Positions 1 to 10,254 of a stretch of 64,000 nucleotides of DNA are shown in pieces; positions within the stretch are counted from its first letter, which is position 1; every line of letters starts with the position of its first letter. Below the pieces are notes generated by a model that was given only the letters and a program-made list of their open reading frames with translations, searched no databases and was not told the DNA's origin. This DNA is from an uncultured delta proteobacterium. GTDB lineage: Bacteria; Myxococcota_A; UBA9160; UBA4427. Made by a program: the position numbers and the translations under genes. The DNA lies in NCBI GenBank assembly GCA_963822965.1, contig CAWGJT010000005.1:768001-832000 (forward strand), given 5' to 3'.

Positions 1-1
1 G

Positions 2-517
2 CCCGACGACTACCGCATCATGGGCGTGCCGTGGGAGAAGCGCGGCAAGCGCATGGACGAGATGATCGACATCGTGCGGGGCCTGTGTACCGGTGAGTTC
101 TTCGGCTACGACGGCGAGGTCCACCAGCTCGAGCCCATCAAGATCGCTCCCGTGCCGACGAAGCCGCTGCCGATCCTCGTCGGCGGGCACGCGGAGCCCG
201 CGCTGCGACGGGCGGTGACCCGGGGCGACGGCTGGATGCACGCGGGCGGCGACGCCGCACAGCTCTCGAAGATGCTGGAGCGCATCCACGAGCTGCGCGT
301 CGAGCACGGACGCGAGAAGGACCCGTTCGAGATCCACGTCATCTCCCTCGACGCCTTCACGCCGGACGGCGTGCGGCGGCTCGAGGAGATGGGCGTGACC
401 GACGTGATCGTGGGCTTCCGCAACGCGTATGCCGAGGAGAAGGACACCCAGACCCTCGAGCAGAAGGTCGGCGCGCTGCGGACCTTCGCGGACAACGTCA
501 TCGCCAAGGTGCGCTGA
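2..517 (+). CDS. LLM class (probably F420-dependent) oxidoreductase, 5'-truncated by the window edge
   Basis: Frame is open from base 2. C-terminal luciferase-like motifs RGKRMDEMIDIVRGL and PILVGGHAEPALRRAVTRGDGW. Confidence 0.8.
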   Translation, partial: PDDYRIMGVPWEKRGKRMDEMIDIVRGLCTGEFFGYDGEVHQLEPIKIAPVPTKPLPILVGGHAEPALRRAVTRGDGWMHAGGDAAQLSKMLERIHELRVEHGREKDPFEIHVISLDAFTPDGVRRLEEMGVTDVIVGFRNAYAEEKDTQTLEQKVGALRTFADNVIAKVR

Positions 518-531
518 GGGTGGAGGCCGGC

Positions 532-2259
532 ATGCTGGACGTGATCCTCCGGGGCGGCAAGGTGGTGGACGGAAGCGGCGGACCGGCGCGCGTGGCCGAC
601 GTGGGCATCCGCGACGGACGCATCGCGGCCATCGGCCGCATCGAGGAGCCCGCCCGGCGGGAGATCGACGTCGCAGACAAGGTCGTCGCGCCGGGCTTCG
701 TCGACGTGCACACCCACTACGACGCCCAGGTCTTCTGGGATGGCACCCTCTCCCCTTCCCCGTTCCACGGCGTCACCAGCGTCGTCGGCGGCAACTGCGG
801 CTTCAGCATCGCGCCCCTCTCCCCCGACGCGGGGGACTACCTCATGCGCATGCTCGCGCGGGTCGAGGGAATGCCCCTCGAAAGCCTCGCCGCGGGGGTG
901 CCCTGGGACTGGAAGTCCTTCGACGACTACCTGAGCCGCATCGAGGGGACCCTGGCCGTCAACGCCGGCTTCATGGTGGGGCACAGCGCCATCCGTCGCG
1001 TGGTAATGGGCGAGCGGGCCGTCGGACACGAAGCGAGCGAGGACGAGCTGGCGCACATGGTCGCGCTGCTGCGGGAGTCCCTCGAGCAGGGCGGGCTGGG
1101 CTTCTCGACGACCATCTCGCCCACCCACAACGACGGCGACGGGCAGCCGGTTCCCTCGCGCCACGCGAGCCGCGACGAGATCCTGGCGCTGTCCCGGGCG
1201 GTACGCGACCACGCCGGGACCACCGTCGAGTTCCTGCCCGGGCTCGGCGCCTTCGACGACGAGAAGAAGCAGCTGATGACGGACGTCTCGCTGGCCGCGA
1301 ACCGCCCGGTCAACTGGAACGTGCTCGCACCCACGTCCGCGAATCCGCAGCTCGTCGACGCCCAGCTCGCGGCCACCGACTACGCGCGCGAGCGGGGAGC
1401 CGAAGTGGTCGCCCTCACGGTCCCGCAGCCGATGACCATCCGGATCAACCTCCACGCCGGCTTCGTGTTCGACGCCTTCCACGGCTGGGCCGAGCTGTTC
1501 CAGATGCCGATCGAGGAACGCAAGGCGTTCCTGCGCGATCCGGCCAACCGGGCTCGGCTCGACGCGGATGCTCACGACGAGCGCTCGGGCATGCTGCGCG
1601 GGCTGGCGGTGTGGGAGAACCTGACCGTCGACCAGGTGCACGCCGAGCGCAACCGGGGCTGTGTCGGACGTCGCATCGGCGAGATCGCCCAGGAGCTGGG
1701 CAAGACGCCCTTCGACACCATGATCGATCTGGCGCTGGACGACGACCTGCTCACGTCCTTCGTCCCGCCGACCGGGGGAGACGACGAGGCGAGCTGGCAG
1801 CTCCGGGGGCGCACCTGGCTCGACGACCGCACGGTCATCGGCGCGTCCGACGCGGGGGCGCACCTGGACATGATCGACACCTTCGCGTTCTCGACCCAGG
1901 TGCTGGGAAACGGCGTGCGCCGGCACGGGCTGCTGCCCGTCGAGGAGGCGGTGCGCCAGCTCACGGACGTGCCGGCCCGGCTCTACGGCCTGCGGCAGCG
2001 CGGGCGGCTCGAGGAGGGCTGGCACGCGGACGTCGTCGTCTTCGACGAGGCTTGCGTCGACTGCGGCCCGACCTACACCCGCTTCGACCTGCCGGCGGGA
2101 GCGGGACGTCTCTACGCGGACGCCGTGGGCATCGAGCACGTCTTCGTGAACGGCGTGGAGATCGTGAGCGACGGTCGGGACACGGGCGCCCGCCCGGGCA
2201 CCGTGTTCCGCTCGGGCCGCGACACCGAGACGGTCACGGTGCCCGGCGGCGGCGCCTGA
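532..2259 (+). CDS. N-acyl-D-amino-acid deacylase family amidohydrolase
   Basis: ILRGGKVVDGSG...PGFVDVHTHYD metal motif, GNCGFS, SDAGAH, GRLEEGWHADVVVFD. GGAGG RBS before ATG 532. Confidence 0.88.
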   Translation: MLDVILRGGKVVDGSGGPARVADVGIRDGRIAAIGRIEEPARREIDVADKVVAPGFVDVHTHYDAQVFWDGTLSPSPFHGVTSVVGGNCGFSIAPLSPDAGDYLMRMLARVEGMPLESLAAGVPWDWKSFDDYLSRIEGTLAVNAGFMVGHSAIRRVVMGERAVGHEASEDELAHMVALLRESLEQGGLGFSTTISPTHNDGDGQPVPSRHASRDEILALSRAVRDHAGTTVEFLPGLGAFDDEKKQLMTDVSLAANRPVNWNVLAPTSANPQLVDAQLAATDYARERGAEVVALTVPQPMTIRINLHAGFVFDAFHGWAELFQMPIEERKAFLRDPANRARLDADAHDERSGMLRGLAVWENLTVDQVHAERNRGCVGRRIGEIAQELGKTPFDTMIDLALDDDLLTSFVPPTGGDDEASWQLRGRTWLDDRTVIGASDAGAHLDMIDTFAFSTQVLGNGVRRHGLLPVEEAVRQLTDVPARLYGLRQRGRLEEGWHADVVVFDEACVDCGPTYTRFDLPAGAGRLYADAVGIEHVFVNGVEIVSDGRDTGARPGTVFRSGRDTETVTVPGGGA

Positions 2260-2298
2260 GCCGGCCGGACTCCCTCGACCCGCCTCCCGCGCCGAAGC

Positions 2299-3399
2299 TC
2301 AGCTCGCGTCGGGCTTGGGCGTGTCCGGCCCCGACGACGGTAGCGCCGGCGGTGAGGCCAGCGCGGGGTCGGGTGCGGCGGTGAGCGCCCCCAGGAAGGT
2401 CACGATGGAGGCCACGGTCGCGTCGTCGAGCTTCTTGCCCAGCTGGTGGTACGCCATCAGCCGGACCGCCTCCTCGAGGCTCGAGATCGAGCCGTCGTGG
2501 AAGTAGGGCCGCGTCTCGGCCACGTTGCGCAGGCCCGGAACCTTGAAGACGTGCCGGTCGGACTCCTGCTTCGTCACCTTGTAGCGCCCCGGGTCCGGCG
2601 TGTCGTAGGGAACCACGAGGCCGAGCTTCTGGAACATGCTTCCGCCCACGCCGGGGCCGACGTGGCACGTGATGCAGCCGGTCTTGATGAACGTGTCGAG
2701 ACCCGCCTGCTCGGCCGGGGAGAGCGCCTCGAGATCGCCCGCCATGAAGGCGTCGAGCTTGCCGGGCGTGAGCAGGCGGCGCTCGAAGGCGGCGATCGCC
2801 TTCGCAGCGTTGAGGAAGGTGACGGGCTCCTTCTCACCCGGGAAGGCCTTCTCGAAGAGCGGCCGATAGCCCGGGATCGAGCGCAGCACCCGGTCGACGG
2901 TGGCCGCATCCGGCATGCCCATCTCCACGGGGTTGAGGACCGGCCCCTGGGCCTGCTCCTCGACGTCCGCGGCGCGACCGTCCCAGAACTGCCGGAAGTG
3001 GACCGCGGCGTTGAGCGTCGTGGGGGAGTTGCGCTCACCCCGCTCGCCCGCATGCCCCGGAGAAGTCGGCTCGTTGTCCACGCCGAAGTGGTCCAGGCGA
3101 TGGCAGCTGTTGCACGAGATCTTCTGGTTCTTCGAGAACCGGGGATCGAAGTAGAGCATCCGGCCGAGGGCGACCTTGGCGTCGGTCACGGGATTCGCCG
3201 GATTGGCGACCTCCTTCGGCAGGGGCCCGAAGATCTGTCGGGCCTGGGCGGACAACGCCTTGGCGTCCGGGGCCGGGGCCGGCGCCTCGGCCCAGGCCAC
3301 CGGGGCGCACAGAACCAGGAAGAAGATGGCCGCACGACGGACGCGCACGGCAGGCGAGCGGTTGCTTCGGACCAGAGTCGTCACACGAATTCCCTCCAT
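2299..3399 (-). CDS. Di-heme cytochrome c peroxidase (CCP/MauG family)
   Basis: Signal peptide, two CxxCH motifs (CNSCH, CITCH), RNSPT, QFWDGRA, NPVEMG, FKVPGLRNVAETRPYFHDG. Confidence 0.92.
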   Translation of the reverse strand: MEGIRVTTLVRSNRSPAVRVRRAAIFFLVLCAPVAWAEAPAPAPDAKALSAQARQIFGPLPKEVANPANPVTDAKVALGRMLYFDPRFSKNQKISCNSCHRLDHFGVDNEPTSPGHAGERGERNSPTTLNAAVHFRQFWDGRAADVEEQAQGPVLNPVEMGMPDAATVDRVLRSIPGYRPLFEKAFPGEKEPVTFLNAAKAIAAFERRLLTPGKLDAFMAGDLEALSPAEQAGLDTFIKTGCITCHVGPGVGGSMFQKLGLVVPYDTPDPGRYKVTKQESDRHVFKVPGLRNVAETRPYFHDGSISSLEEAVRLMAYHQLGKKLDDATVASIVTFLGALTAAPDPALASPPALPSSGPDTPKPDAS

Positions 3400-3491
3400 G
3401 AGCCGCGCGAAAGTAGGCGGCAGACGGAGACGTGCAAGGGCGGGACTCCCGGGAGGCCCGGCAGCCGCCTGGAAACCCGCGGGAATCCGGT

Positions 3492-5192
3492 TCAGCGGCC
3501 CCCTCCGATGAGGCGGATCACCTCACCGGGCAGCGCGCCGGTGTGCTTGCCGTCCTCCAGCAGCACCTCCCCGTTCACCACCACGTTGCGGTAGCCCTCG
3601 GCATCGACCACGTAGCGCTCGCTGTCCGCCGGGAAGTCGCGCACCGGGTAGGAGTCGCCGGCGGCCAGGTGCTCGAGATCGATCACCAGGAGGTCTGCCG
3701 CGGCGCCCTCCCGCAGCACGCCCCGGCCCTCGATGCCGTGCACCGTGGCCGGCATCAGGGTGTTCCGCCACACCGCCTGCTCGAGGGAGAGGGGGTCGGG
3801 CACCCAGTCCGTCAGCAGCCGGGTCGTGTAGTCGGCGCCCACGAACGAGGCCAGGTGGGCGCCGCCGTCGCTCGAGCCGGGCATCACGATGGGATCGGCC
3901 ACCGCGGTCCGCACCACGTGGGCGATGAACTGCCGGGCCACGTCCCCGAGACGGGTCTGCCAGACGGTGCGCAGATCCTCCTCGAGGCTCACGTCCAGGA
4001 AGGCGTCGAGCGGACTCACCCCCCGCTCCGCGGCCAGCCCGGTGACCGTCCGGCCGACCCACCCCGCGTGGGCGGGGTCGCACACCGCCTCCACCTCGAG
4101 GCCGCCCCACTCGAAGCTCGCCGCCCGGTTCGCCGGATCGTCGAACTCGCGTCCGAGACGTTCGCGCACGGCGGGATCCCGCAGGCCGCGAAGCCGCTCG
4201 TCGCCCGGCAGCGTCAGCACCCGCCGCCACTCGGGCATCTCGTCGAAGACGAACGTGTCGTCCAGACGCAGGTGCAGCTCGAGACGATTGGTCGTGAACA
4301 TCGGGTGAAGCCGGATGCCTTCGGCGAAGGCCTCGTTGCAGAACTCGAGCGTCGTCTGCCAGCCCATCGGGTGGTCGGGGTTCGGCACCAGGATGTTCAG
4401 CTCGATCGGGCGCCCGGACACGTGGTAGAGATCGCGCAGCAGGCGGCGATCGGACTCGTCGTAGCCCTGGCTGAAGGAGCGCGGAATGATCTCGATCGCT
4501 CCCCGGTCGAACTCCGCCAGCACGGAAGCCAGCTCGAGGATCTCGTGGGCCGAGGCATGGTTCGACGGCACCTCGCGTCCGTCCTCGCCCACGTGGATGT
4601 CGAGCTGGGAGGTCGAGAAGCCCATGGCTCCCTCGCGCATGGCCTGACGGACCAGGGCCTTCATCTGCAGGATCTCGGCCTCGTCGGCCTCTCGAACCGA
4701 CGCGTCGTCGCCCATCACCCAACGGCGCACGGCGCTGTGGCCGACGAAGCTCCCCACGTTGATGCCGAGGCGACCATCGAATCGCCGCCAGTAGTCCCCG
4801 AAGCCACCTCCCTGGAAGCGCAGCCCCCGGGCGAGCGCCGACCGGGACATGCCCTCGACCCGGCTCAGCATTCCCGCCAGCCAGTCGACGTCCTCGGGCT
4901 TCGCCGGCGCCAGCGTGAAGCCGCAGTTGCCCGCCAGCGCCGTGGTGACACCGTGCCAGCAGGACGGCGTCGCCAGCGGATCCCAATCCAGCTGGACGTC
5001 GTAGTGGGTGTGCACGTCGATGAAGCCCGGGGTGACGAGCAACCCGTCCGCGTCGATTTCGCGCGCGGCCGCATCCGTCACGCGGCCGATCCGGGCGATG
5101 CGCCCGTCCTTCACGGCCACGTCCGCCGTGAATGCGCGCATCCCCGTACCGTCCACCACCCGTCCGCCCCGGACCACGAGATCCCAGGTCAA
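3492..5192 (-). CDS. N-acyl-D-amino-acid deacylase family amidohydrolase (paralog of 532-2259)
   Basis: VRGGRVVDGTG...PGFIDVHTHYD, GNCGFT, SDGGAH. Probable TTG start at 5192 after a GAGGAGG RBS. Confidence 0.87.
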   Translation of the reverse strand: MTWDLVVRGGRVVDGTGMRAFTADVAVKDGRIARIGRVTDAAAREIDADGLLVTPGFIDVHTHYDVQLDWDPLATPSCWHGVTTALAGNCGFTLAPAKPEDVDWLAGMLSRVEGMSRSALARGLRFQGGGFGDYWRRFDGRLGINVGSFVGHSAVRRWVMGDDASVREADEAEILQMKALVRQAMREGAMGFSTSQLDIHVGEDGREVPSNHASAHEILELASVLAEFDRGAIEIIPRSFSQGYDESDRRLLRDLYHVSGRPIELNILVPNPDHPMGWQTTLEFCNEAFAEGIRLHPMFTTNRLELHLRLDDTFVFDEMPEWRRVLTLPGDERLRGLRDPAVRERLGREFDDPANRAASFEWGGLEVEAVCDPAHAGWVGRTVTGLAAERGVSPLDAFLDVSLEEDLRTVWQTRLGDVARQFIAHVVRTAVADPIVMPGSSDGGAHLASFVGADYTTRLLTDWVPDPLSLEQAVWRNTLMPATVHGIEGRGVLREGAAADLLVIDLEHLAAGDSYPVRDFPADSERYVVDAEGYRNVVVNGEVLLEDGKHTGALPGEVIRLIGGGR

Positions 5193-5317
5193 TGCATTCC
5201 TCCTCACCTCCAGAACGCGGCCGCTCCGGCGCCTTGCCGGACCCTCGCCGTCTCCACCGCGGCGCTCGGCCCCGGCCGCCTATGCTACACCCCGAGGTCC
5301 CGATCTGGAGAGGTGCC

Positions 5318-6694
5318 TTGTTCCCGCGCTGGCTTCCGCTCTACCTGCTCGGGATCGCCGCACTGACCCTGTTCCCCTTCACGCCCGGCGCCGCTACGAG
5401 CCCCGGCTGGACGATGCACTTCTGGGTCTTCGACTTCGACTTCGCCGCGAACGTCCTGGCCTTCGTTCCCATCGGGGTCGCTCTGCACCGCTCGCGCTGG
5501 TGGCGCGTCCTGGGCTTCGCGTTCGCGCTCTCGCTCACCATCGAGGTCTGCCAGCACTGGCTTCCGCGCCAGCAGGACGTGAACGACCTGCTCGCCAACA
5601 CCCTGGGTGCGGCGGCGGGCCTCGTGCTGGCGCGAGCCTGGACGCGGCAACGGCCCGGCCCGCTGCTGCGGTCCGCGGCGATCCAGCGCGGGCTGTGGGT
5701 CGCGACCCCGCTGCTCCTGGCCGGGGTCTTCGCCGAATCCCTCTGGAGCCCCGCCTACGATTTCACGAACTGGGAGCGCTACCCGCTCGTGATCGGCAAC
5801 TCCGCGGGCGGCATGCACCCGTGGACGGGCAGCGTCTCGGAGATCCGCCTCTACGATCGCGACCTGGGGGTCGGCGAGGGGCCGTCCAGCCCGGTCGATC
5901 CCGCGGAGCCCGCCCTGTGGCTCGAGGGCGGACCGATCCTGTGGCTCCACTTCGCCGAGGGCCGCGCAAGCGGGCGCATCGACGGCCCGGCCGGACCGGT
6001 GCGGGTGACCCCCGATCTCTCCCGTGCTCCCGCGATCGAGCGGTCCGGCCTGCGCCTGCGCCCCAGCGGCCTGACCCTCGAGCGCTGGGTCTCCGACCAC
6101 GTCGTCGAGCGACTGCGGAAGAGCGGCAGGGTCACCCTGGACGTCCGGCTGCGTGCGGACTCGACCCAGCAGTTCGGACCGGCCTACATCGTGTCCCTCG
6201 GCGGAGGCGCCCCCAGGCACGACCTGCTGCTGGCACAGCTCGGGTCCGCGCTGGTGGCCGCCATCCGCACGCCCGCGACCGGTCGCTCGGCCCGGAGAGC
6301 GCAGCCCGAGACCCACGCCCGGGTCGTGACCGGCGAGAGCCAGCACGTCCGCCTCGCGTACGACGGCGTGCACGCGGTCCTCCGCGTGGACGGAGCGTGC
6401 GAGGCGGACAGCAATCTCGTGCTCGCCAACGCGCCGCCCCTGCGCGGGACCCTGCTGGGAGCCACCGTCGTGCTGTGCACCGCCCTGCCCACCCTGCTCG
6501 TCGGCCGGGCCACGCGCCGGACCTTCGGGGTCGCGCTCGGGGTCGCGCTCGGGGTGGCCGCGGGCGGCGCGTCCTGGCTCGCCTGCTGGACGCTCGGGAC
6601 CTGGGACCACCTGGGCGCGTTCACGCCGATCGCCGCGGGGCTGGGGGGCCTGGCGATCGCCGCGAGCCTCCCCCTCCTCGTCCGACCCCGTTGA
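5318..6694 (+). CDS. VanZ-family membrane protein with a LamG/concanavalin-like soluble domain
   Basis: N-terminal TM region with the VanZ pattern ANVLAFVPIG...SLTIEVCQ...DVNDLLANTLG. Central WTGSVSEIRLYDRDL and HVRLAYDG LamG-like strands. C-terminal TM helices. TTG 5318 follows GGAGAGG; ATG 5282 is an alternative start. Confidence 0.7.
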   Translation: MFPRWLPLYLLGIAALTLFPFTPGAATSPGWTMHFWVFDFDFAANVLAFVPIGVALHRSRWWRVLGFAFALSLTIEVCQHWLPRQQDVNDLLANTLGAAAGLVLARAWTRQRPGPLLRSAAIQRGLWVATPLLLAGVFAESLWSPAYDFTNWERYPLVIGNSAGGMHPWTGSVSEIRLYDRDLGVGEGPSSPVDPAEPALWLEGGPILWLHFAEGRASGRIDGPAGPVRVTPDLSRAPAIERSGLRLRPSGLTLERWVSDHVVERLRKSGRVTLDVRLRADSTQQFGPAYIVSLGGGAPRHDLLLAQLGSALVAAIRTPATGRSARRAQPETHARVVTGESQHVRLAYDGVHAVLRVDGACEADSNLVLANAPPLRGTLLGATVVLCTALPTLLVGRATRRTFGVALGVALGVAAGGASWLACWTLGTWDHLGAFTPIAAGLGGLAIAASLPLLVRPR

Positions 6695-7899
6695 GCGCGG
6701 CACTTCGCAATCCGTCCCTGCTCTGCGCGTTTCGCGCGGTGGAGATGTCGCTCTTCCCGATCGCGGTGATCACGATCTTCTGGCAGTACGAGATCGGCCT
6801 CAGCATGACGGAGATCTTCGGGCTCCAGGCCGTCTTCGCGGGAACCACCGGCCTGCTGGAGTTTCCCTCGGGCTACGTCGCCGACCGGATCGGCTACCGC
6901 AGGACCCTCGTCCTCGCCTCGGGCTGCACCCTGGCCGGCTGGACCGTGTACCTCTTCTCGCCGGACTTCTGGACGATCGCCGCCGCCGAGGTGGTCCTCG
7001 GGGTCGGACTCTCGCTCATCTCCGGAACCGACTCGGCCATCCTCTACGAATCCCTCGCCCAGGCCGGCGCCGAGGCGCGCTTCGCCACCTGGTACGGCCG
7101 GGTGCGCTTCTTCGGCCAGGTGGCCGAGGGCTCGGCGGCGCTGGCGGCGGGATGGCTCTACGCGATCTCGCCGCGGGCGCCGTTCGTCGCCGAGGTGCTC
7201 GTCTGGGCGATCGGGCTGGGCGTCGCGTGGCGGCTCGTCGAGCCCGACCGCCACCGGCCGCGGGTCGCCGGCGTCTTCTCCCACATGGCCGCGGTGCTGC
7301 GCCACATCCTGCGCGGCGCCCCGCGGCTGCGCGCGATCATGGCGTTGACGGTCGCCCTCTCCATGACGTCGTTCGTCCCGGTCTGGATCATCCAGCTCTA
7401 CAGCGAGCGCGCCGGAGTGGCCGTGGCGTGGCTGGGTCCGATCTGGGCCGTGGCCAACTACTCGGTGGCCTTCGCCTCGCTCGCGAGCGCGAGGCTCCGG
7501 CAGGCCGTCGGCGTGATGCCGGCCCTGCTCTTCTGCATCGCGCTGGCCGGAGCCGGCTACCTGGGGCTCGGGCTCACCCACGCGGTCTGGGGCTTCGTGT
7601 TCTACTTCCTCGTCACGCTGATGCGCGGGCTCAACGCTCCGATCCTGCATCACGAGGAGCAGTCCCTGATCCCCTCCGGCGACCGGGCGACCTTCGTGTC
7701 CGCCCGCAACCTGGTCTTCCGGGGGCTCTTCGTCGTGATCGGTCCGACCGTGGGCTACGCGATCGACCGCAGCGGCGAGCATGCGGTGCTGCTTGCCGGC
7801 GGCTTCCTCGCGACCGCCGCCAGCCTCGCCCTCTGGCTCGCCGTCCTGCGATCCCCCGAGCCGGGTCCCGGCTCTCCGGACGCGCCTGGCGCATACTGA
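6691..7899 (+). CDS. MFS transporter
   Basis: About 12 hydrophobic segments and MFS motif A (EFPSGYVADRIGYRR). TTG start overlaps the upstream stop (TTGA). Confidence 0.85.
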   Translation: MSAALRNPSLLCAFRAVEMSLFPIAVITIFWQYEIGLSMTEIFGLQAVFAGTTGLLEFPSGYVADRIGYRRTLVLASGCTLAGWTVYLFSPDFWTIAAAEVVLGVGLSLISGTDSAILYESLAQAGAEARFATWYGRVRFFGQVAEGSAALAAGWLYAISPRAPFVAEVLVWAIGLGVAWRLVEPDRHRPRVAGVFSHMAAVLRHILRGAPRLRAIMALTVALSMTSFVPVWIIQLYSERAGVAVAWLGPIWAVANYSVAFASLASARLRQAVGVMPALLFCIALAGAGYLGLGLTHAVWGFVFYFLVTLMRGLNAPILHHEEQSLIPSGDRATFVSARNLVFRGLFVVIGPTVGYAIDRSGEHAVLLAGGFLATAASLALWLAVLRSPEPGPGSPDAPGAY

Positions 7900-7933
7900 C
7901 GCGTCGTCGTCACGACCCGAAGGAGATCGCGGC

Positions 7934-8536
7934 TTGCTCAAGCTCTACGACTTCCTCGAATCCGGCAACGGCTACAAGGTGCGTCTGCTGCTCCACCAGC
8001 TCGCGATCCCCTTCGAGCGGATCGAGCTCGACATCACCCGCGGCGCGACCCGCACGCCCGAGTTCCTCGCGCGCAATCCGAACGGGCGCATCCCGACCCT
8101 CGAGCTCGAAGACGGCACCTGCCTCGCCGAATCCAATGCCATCCAGTGGTATCTGGCCGACGGCACGGATCTGCTGCCCGACGACCCGGTCGAACGGGCG
8201 CAGGTGCTGCAGTGGATGTTCTTCGAGCAGTACAGCCACGAGCCCTACATCGCGGTCGTCCGCTTCTGGGTGCACCAGGGGACGCACGTGGGACGCGAGG
8301 CGGAGGTCGAGGAGCGAAGGCGCCGCGGGTACGAGGCGCTGGACGTGATGGAGAAGCACCTTCGGAACCGCGACTTCTTCGTCGGCCACCGCTACTCGAT
8401 CGCCGACATCGCGCTCTTCGCCTACACGCACGTGGCCCACGAGGGCGGGTTCGACCTCGGCGGCCACCCCGCGGTGCGCGCCTGGCTCGACCGCGTTCGC
8501 AGCCAGCCGCGACACGTGCCGATCACGCGCAGCTGA
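7934..8536 (+). CDS. Glutathione S-transferase family protein
   Basis: KLYDFLESGNGYKVRL, NPNGRIPTL, ESNAI, YSIADIALFAY. TTG start after GAAGGAG. Confidence 0.92.
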   Translation: MLKLYDFLESGNGYKVRLLLHQLAIPFERIELDITRGATRTPEFLARNPNGRIPTLELEDGTCLAESNAIQWYLADGTDLLPDDPVERAQVLQWMFFEQYSHEPYIAVVRFWVHQGTHVGREAEVEERRRRGYEALDVMEKHLRNRDFFVGHRYSIADIALFAYTHVAHEGGFDLGGHPAVRAWLDRVRSQPRHVPITRS

Positions 8537-8579
8537 TCCGATCGCGACCGCGCGACGGGGGACGTCGAGAGGCGGGACC

Positions 8580-9656
8580 TCAGGGCTGGCTGAGGGCCGC
8601 GTTGACTTCCTGCTCGCACTGGGACGGGATCAGGTTCGCGTGCCGCAACGCGAAGAGCAGATCCCGACAGCGGCGATAGAGGTCGAGTCCCGGGTCGATC
8701 CGGGGCGCGTACGACGACTCGTCCACGTCGACGTCCCAGAAGCGGCGCACCAGATCGATGATCGGGGCGATCTCCTCGCAGGTGACCTGGCTCGGCCCGT
8801 CCAGCAGCAGGTCTTCGATCTCGTCGACCAGGTTCTCGACGCCCTCGAGCAGGCGCTGCTCCGGGCCGATGCCTCGGGGCGCGAGCACCGGCGGAGACTC
8901 GTCCGGCGACCCCGACCACGTCACCTCGATCAGCCGCTCGCGCGACGCCGACTGCGTCTGCAGGCGGTCGCGATCGGCGCCGAACGCGCGGCCGAAGGCC
9001 GCGCGCGCGACGCCCCGCACCCGTCGCCGGATCTCGTTCATCTCGCTCGCGCGTCGGGCCGGGTCGAGCGACACCAGATCCTCCCGCAACAGCACGTCGG
9101 CGAGGGGCGACACGTCGTCGAGGCAGACGACACCTCTGCGGTCGGTTCCTGCGAGCACCGCGCCGAGGAAGTCGAGCAGTCGGATGACGACGCGCGTGTA
9201 CTGGCCGGGCAGCGCGATGCGGTGCAGCAGCGCTCCCGCGGCGGCGCTCGAGTCGTAGTCGGCCAAGGCGAACCAGTCGCGTAGCATCAGCTGCAGCAGC
9301 GCATCGCCCGAGAGCGCCACGGGCAGGACGTCGTCCAGCGACGCTTCCTCGGACACGATGCACACGAGGCTCGGATCCATCTCGATCACGTCGGTGTAGT
9401 AGTACTGGCCCGGATCGAGGAAGAGATACCAGAGCGTTCCGCACGACGCGCAGAACACGATGCCCTTCATCTCGCCCCGCGGCGCCCAGGGACCCGGTCG
9501 CAGGCTGGGGTGCTCATCGATCGGGCGCCACGTGCGGGGCAGGCGGTGGCTCTCCGCGTGGGTCACCCGTACGCGCGGCAGAGCTCCGCAGCTCCGGCAA
9601 TCCCGTACCGCCGCAGGCACCGCCGGCTCCGATGCCGTGCGCATCCTGCGGCTCAT
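8580..9656 (-). CDS. Hypothetical protein with an N-terminal two-CxxC (zinc-ribbon-like) region
   Basis: Long ORF with natural composition filling the intergenic gap. CRSC and CASC motifs. Start uncertain (ATG 9656 chosen). Confidence 0.6.
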   Translation of the reverse strand: MSRRMRTASEPAVPAAVRDCRSCGALPRVRVTHAESHRLPRTWRPIDEHPSLRPGPWAPRGEMKGIVFCASCGTLWYLFLDPGQYYYTDVIEMDPSLVCIVSEEASLDDVLPVALSGDALLQLMLRDWFALADYDSSAAAGALLHRIALPGQYTRVVIRLLDFLGAVLAGTDRRGVVCLDDVSPLADVLLREDLVSLDPARRASEMNEIRRRVRGVARAAFGRAFGADRDRLQTQSASRERLIEVTWSGSPDESPPVLAPRGIGPEQRLLEGVENLVDEIEDLLLDGPSQVTCEEIAPIIDLVRRFWDVDVDESSYAPRIDPGLDLYRRCRDLLFALRHANLIPSQCEQEVNAALSQP

Positions 9657-9828
9657 GAGACGTGAACTTCCACGAGACACTTCTCCGCGTTCGGCGGCGG
9701 GGCACATTCGCCCACGGGGCCAATCGGGGGGGCACCACTGCCGCTTGCGGGGAGAAGGGAAGAGCGGGTGGAGACGACTAACGTAGCACTTCGAGCGGAT
9801 CCGCAGCCCGACCGGCGCGGGCCAGGGA

Positions 9829-10254
9829 CTAGCCATTCCTCCGGGGCTCGACCCATAGGGTCAAACCCTCGACCGAGGTGACACAGACGGACTCTCCCGG
9901 CTCGATGGGACCGGGAGCCTCCGCGACGAGTCGAGCGCGCCACAGCTCCGGCCCCACGCGCACCCGTCCCTCGCGGTCGAGACACTCGATCACGACGGCC
10001 GTGGCCCCGATCAGGCGCGACGTCGCGGTGGGATCCGAAGGCTCGTAGGCTTTCCGCACGAGGGGAAAGAGGACGACCTCCTTGGCGATCCAGAGCGCGA
10101 AGAGGATCCAGCCCCAGCGGGCCGTCAGAACCTCGAGACCGACGAGGACCAGCAGGCCCGTGCCCGCGAGCAGGAGCTCCGGAATCTGGAAGAGGACGTA
10201 TCGCCCAAGGACCCGTCGTATATCTGCGTGGGTCTCCACACGCACCGACGTCAC
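9829..10254 (-). CDS. NfeD family membrane protein
   Basis: Two TM helices, then the OB-fold signature LIGATAVV...GRVRVGPELWRA...VCVTSVEGLTLWVEP. Confidence 0.8.
   Translation of the reverse strand: MTSVRVETHADIRRVLGRYVLFQIPELLLAGTGLLVLVGLEVLTARWGWILFALWIAKEVVLFPLVRKAYEPSDPTATSRLIGATAVVIECLDREGRVRVGPELWRARLVAEAPGPIEPGESVCVTSVEGLTLWVEPRRNG

Noticed and set aside
6527..6556. GGGGTCGCGCTC tandem copies
   Set aside because: An in-frame coding repeat (GVAL-GVAL) within a TM helix.
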